A stretch of DNA of 64,000 nucleotides from Callorhinchus milii (lineage: Eukaryota): positions 132,992,001 through 133,056,000 of the forward strand of contig NW_024704742.1 in NCBI RefSeq assembly GCF_018977255.1. The letters run 5' to 3'. Numbering within the stretch: position 1 is the stretch's first letter; each line of letters opens with the position of its first letter. The notes beneath the pieces were generated by a model. That model did no database searches and was not told the DNA's origin. It was given only the letters and a program-made list of their open reading frames with translations. This document shows, piece by piece, positions 63,640 to 64,000 of the stretch. Position numbers and translations under genes: made by a program.

Positions 63640-63962
63640 GAGTCCTGTAGCTCAGTGGTTAGAGCACTCGCTTTGCAAGTGAGAGACCTGAGTTCAATTC
63701 CAGGCAGAGGGCGAAACCTTGGGCAAGTTTCCTTACTCCACACAGAGCCTAATAATAATCCCTCCAAAAAACAAAGCAATAATAAATTGGTCATTTTCAA
63801 TCTACGACTGTTTGTGGGACATTGCTGTGCACAATTGGCTGTCGCGTTCGCCCACAAATATACAGTCAATCCACTTTACAGTCTATTCTGTGAAGCGCTT
63901 TGGGACGTCTAGAAGACGTGAAAAGCGCTATATCAAATGCAAGGATTATTATTATTATTATT
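63640..63962 (+). mobile_element. tRNA-Ala CORE-like SINE, short subfamily, young copy
   Basis: Intact A box (TAGCTCAGTGG), B box-like GAGTTCAATTCC, TGC anticodon loop, and a clean (TTA)n tail. Confidence 0.92.
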
Positions 63963-64000
63963 ACACTAAAGACTGGAACAGGTTTGCCAGGGAGGGTGTG

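Noticed and set aside
1..64000. CRISPR array or prokaryotic system from the recurring TATATCAAATGCAAGGATTATT motif
   Set aside because: The copies are dispersed on both strands with irregular spacing. They are SINE tails, and no cas-like ORFs are present.

Overview
Eukaryotic non-coding DNA, most likely a large intron, 5'-UTR introns or a gene flank from a cartilaginous fish. The repeat families resemble those I recall from chimaeras such as elephant shark; this is unverified. I recognised no host protein-coding exon, tRNA/rRNA gene, known miRNA or CRISPR array, and most ORF-track entries are chance read-throughs of repeats. About half or more of the window (judged by eye) is retroposon-derived: (i) a tRNA-Ala-headed SINE with a CORE-like body, including a younger internally deleted subfamily; (ii) an older Deu-domain SINE sharing the same 3' half; (iii) L2 LINE 3' ends with (TTG)n tails and one near-complete L2 RT fragment (YADD) at ~50.5-51.2 kb; (iv) CR1 3' fragments; (v) two Penelope-type repeats with decayed hammerhead ribozyme cores; and (vi) small MITE-like elements. 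A repeat-poor block at ~16.6-18.5 kb looks like a possibly bidirectional promoter/first-exon region of an unidentified gene. The most unusual signal is a recurring set of perfect or near-perfect local inverted duplications at retroposon junctions (10738/11045, 15329-15406, 60379/60744, 63206-63287), plus an inverted SINE body at 40799-41077. These are consistent with template switching or inverted-repeat homogenisation. I cannot support a new gene system from this sequence.
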